Source: Octopus bimaculoides (taxonomy: Eukaryota). Taken from it: a stretch of DNA of 50,737 nucleotides. The stretch covers positions 102,581,482 to 102,632,218 of the forward strand of contig NC_068981.1 in the NCBI RefSeq assembly GCF_001194135.2, written 5' to 3'. A program made the position numbers and the translations under genes. The notes beneath the pieces were generated by a model. The model was given only the letters and a program-made list of their open reading frames with translations. It searched no databases and was not told the DNA's origin. Positions within the stretch are counted from its first letter, which is position 1. Every line of letters starts with the position of its first letter. Of the stretch, positions 48,071-50,737 are shown piece by piece.

Positions 48071-48327
48071 ATAATAATTGCGCCCTTTTAAAGCCTAGCC
48101 AGGCTCATGGGCCTGGTGTCCCGGTTTCAATGGCGTATGTGTTCCCCAGCTGGACGGGATGCCAGTCCATCGCAGCGTTACTCATTTTTGCCAGTTGAGT
48201 GGACTGGAGCAACGTGAAATGAAGTGTTTTGCTCAAGAACACAACGCGTCGCCCGGTTCAGGAATCGAAACCACAATCTTACAATCATGATGCTGACACC
48301 CTAACTACTAAGCCACGCGCCTCCACC
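48071..48327 (-). mobile_element. tRNA-head SINE family D with a 16-bp TSD
   Basis: gtggaggcgcgtggcttagtagttaggg head; ctatagtattggtata at 48055-48070 and 48328-48343; contains gctgcgatggactggcatcccgtccag, which resembles the V-SINE domain as recalled. Confidence 0.92.
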
Positions 48328-48591
48328 CTATAGTATTGGTATAGAACTTCCTAAAGCCTTGAATTATATTTCTTATAAACCTGGGGAGCATTAGTACCGT
48401 GTTAACATTAGCAAAATTAACGATTTGACGGAGTTGTTACTATTATCTAAGGGAGATAATTACAATATATCTTCAGTTAGATTTATATTATTTCCCCTGG
48501 AATTCATTGATCCAAGGGAGACAATACATAGTTAAATTCTGCCAAAATTAATGTTCGCAAGAATTTCTCCGTTGTTTTCCTATTTCATTTA

Positions 48592-48812
48592 CAGTAATGT
48601 CGTAGGTGTTACGTTCCAAGCCTCTTCGCGATAGGTGAAAAACCGCGAAGTAGGACCAATACTGTACTGTATTTTTTTATGTATATTTATTTTGATATAA
48701 ATGCAAAATGATATAAATGCAAAATGATATAAATGCAAAATGATATAAATGGAGGAGAATCGACGATAGGTGAACCACAATAGGTGAACCGCGACATGGC
48801 AAGGGATTACTG
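48592..48812. mobile_element. Tigger/pogo MITE related to the element at 927, with an internal 16-bp tandem repeat (x3.6, 48694-48751)
   Basis: TA|cagtaat..ggtgttacgttcca..cgcgataggtgaaaa.ccgcgaagtag shared with 927-1010; right end agggattactg|TA; unit gatataaatgcaaaat. Confidence 0.85.
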
Positions 48813-49017
48813 TATATAAATTTATATAGATCTTTCAAGAAAATCTTGGTTGTGGTATTGAAGTTTTCTTGTTTATAAAATGCATGCTGATTTTCATAGA
48901 GCTGTCTTAAATAGACACATGCACCCTCCACACGCGCACACACAGACACAGACACACACATACACATACACAAGCTTTCTCTCTGTCTCTCACACACATG
49001 CACAGACACAGACACAG

Positions 49018-49050
<33 letters not shown>

Positions 49051-49394
49051 CAACCGCATACACACATGCACCACACACTCGAACACACACGTACACAAAC
49101 ACGCCCTCACTCGACCTCACACACATACACACCCGCACGCACATTCTCGCTCTCTACGTCTCTTTCTTTCTCTCTTTTTTCTCCGTTTCCTTGCCTCTTT
49201 CTCACAAACACTCAGAGGAACTGATTATCTGAAACAGGAAACGGATCTTTCTGATTTGGCGGACACCATTTGTTTTCTAACAAAACACTTTCAAACTTGG
49301 GGTACTGATAGAATGTGTCATATAAAACATCTTTTTCTCTTAGCCTTGTTAAGAAAGGTTTGTATATTCGAAGTTATTTCATGTTAAAAGTTGT

Positions 49395-49625
49395 CGTATT
49401 TCGGAATTTCAACCAATCACTGACATCTATTGAGGTGAAAACAGTTACTGCTGTGATTTGTCAACAACACGTTGTGACGGTGTAATGGGATCTTTTCCCT
49501 TGAATAAAATTACTGCCGTTGTTTGTCAACAACAGCTATCGGCAGTACTGTTATTAATGACATCGTTCGTGCGTTTGTACTGGTTCTAGCTTTAGGGTTT
49601 TAGGCTTAGGGTTAGGATTAGGGTT
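49395..49625 (+). repeat. unclassified element with a nested hairpin and degenerate (TTAGGG)n
   Basis: tactgcc-gttgtt-tgtc-aacaac-agctatc-ggcagta (49511-49547); ttagggttttaggcttagggttaggattaggg (49592-49623). Confidence 0.55.
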
Positions 49626-49758
49626 TTGAATATTTTTGACCAAAGCTACATTTCATTCTAGACGAATCAAAAGAAAAGGAAATATTCCAGTCTAGTTACA
49701 TATTCTATGAGGATGTGTTTCACCGGATTATAACTGACGAAGAAATAATAGCACTCGC

Positions 49759-50331
49759 TCACTTTGTTTTCTCCTCTTCGACCAACAATGGTAGAGTGGA
49801 CTCTGCAAAAGAGTGCCTGATTTTGGTGTTCGAGTTATTGTTGGTATTGTTGATATTGCTAGTGTTATAATCGTGATCGTTCTTCCTGGAGCTGTTGTTA
49901 GTTTTAGCGCTGTTGGCTTTTGTTTTTGTCGTTTTTGTTGTTATTATTGCTGTTGATTTTGTTGTTATTATTGCTGTTGATTTTGTTGCTGTTTAGCTCC
50001 ATATCAGCCTTGGTCTAAGAAAAATATAACGAAAGGCTTCCAAGCCTTAGCCATCCTGCCTTGCACGAAACCGAATACGTCTAGGAGTACATTATTGAAT
50101 ATTATATTTCTCTTTCTTTTGAAGAGGAGTATAAAGACATTTAAGGGCGGTTTCGGATCTATATCTAGCAGATCAGTCAACCAGGCAGTAGTATTATTAA
50201 TGTCCTTCTCATTCTCACCGACTTCTCCTCCGTAGCAATTCAGCGTGTTATTGTTATTAGTTGCTACAACATTTTCGTCCTCACGCTCCAATAAAGTAAG
50301 TACCTACTATTACAACTATTTCTGGAGTCAT
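49759..50331 (-). pseudogene. candidate intronless, frame-disrupted Rho/Ras-like small GTPase sequence with an Asn-rich insert
   Basis: With three single-base frame corrections: MTPEIVVIVG..TLLERE..NCYGGEV..AWLTDLLD..NVFILLF..IFNNV..KPFVIFFLTKADM-(Asn-rich)-HSFAESTL..*. Order and most spacings resemble RhoA/Rac KLVIVG, TCLL, ENY, LWD, DVILMCF, SFENV, PIILVG(N/T)K.DL, YMECSA. By-eye alignment only. Confidence 0.45.
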
Positions 50332-50737
50332 TATTAAATAAATTTTTTTACTCTATCGGAAAATGGCAAAATATAATAAACGTGCAAGTAATGTTACTTC
50401 TCAGAACGGCGCTACTACTAATTATTATTATCTTTCAAATTTTAATTTAGGATACTTCCTAGTTTAGTTTATTTTTAAAGGTCAGAAGCTAAATTGATAT
50501 CATTTTAAAACTCATTGACTGAGTAGATTAGAACCGACCTGCTGCCAAACTGTCTTCCTCCTTTAACACCGATGTGATATAATTTCTTGGGAGAGAAATA
50601 ATTTTGCGGCTGAAGATAACTTTATATTGTCAATTATACACTGATATAAAGCTTGAAACACGTGTACCGCAGAATCCTTTGTGTTTTTGTTGTTATTTTT
50701 TGCATTTACAATTCATTATATATATATATATATATAT

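Noticed and set aside
48694-48751. Regular 16-bp repeats, CRISPR-like at first glance
   Set aside because: No spacers; a simple tandem repeat inside a MITE in eukaryotic DNA. No CRISPR array, rRNA or prokaryotic operon is seen in the window

Overview
AT-rich, repeat-dominated eukaryotic genomic DNA with several N gaps (about 3 kb in total). It is most likely from a coleoid cephalopod (Octopus-like). This is an inference from the tRNA-head SINE families, the dense (CA)n/(TA)n/(GATA)n microsatellites and the Penelope content. I see no intact protein-coding gene. The window is a layered transposon graveyard: pogo/Tigger, two KIAA1586-like hAT remnants, an IR/DR-type Tc1, mariner, an unassigned DDE transposase, a Helitron, a Ty3/Gypsy pol with its 3' LTR, an L1/Tx1 LINE, CR1 and RTE 3' ends, Penelope RT and GIY-YIG remnants, several MITEs and roughly 20 SINE copies from modular families. 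The most interesting signals are: (i) an intronless, frame-disrupted Rho-like small-GTPase sequence with an Asn-rich insert at the right end; (ii) Penelope-type minimal hammerhead ribozyme motifs at 34882 and 6789; (iii) a ~1 kb foldback whose arms carry hammerhead-like cores; (iv) domain-swapped SINE chimeras; (v) several inverted repeats able to form dsRNA. All family calls come from manual translation and recalled motifs, not database searches. Boundaries of old elements are approximate.
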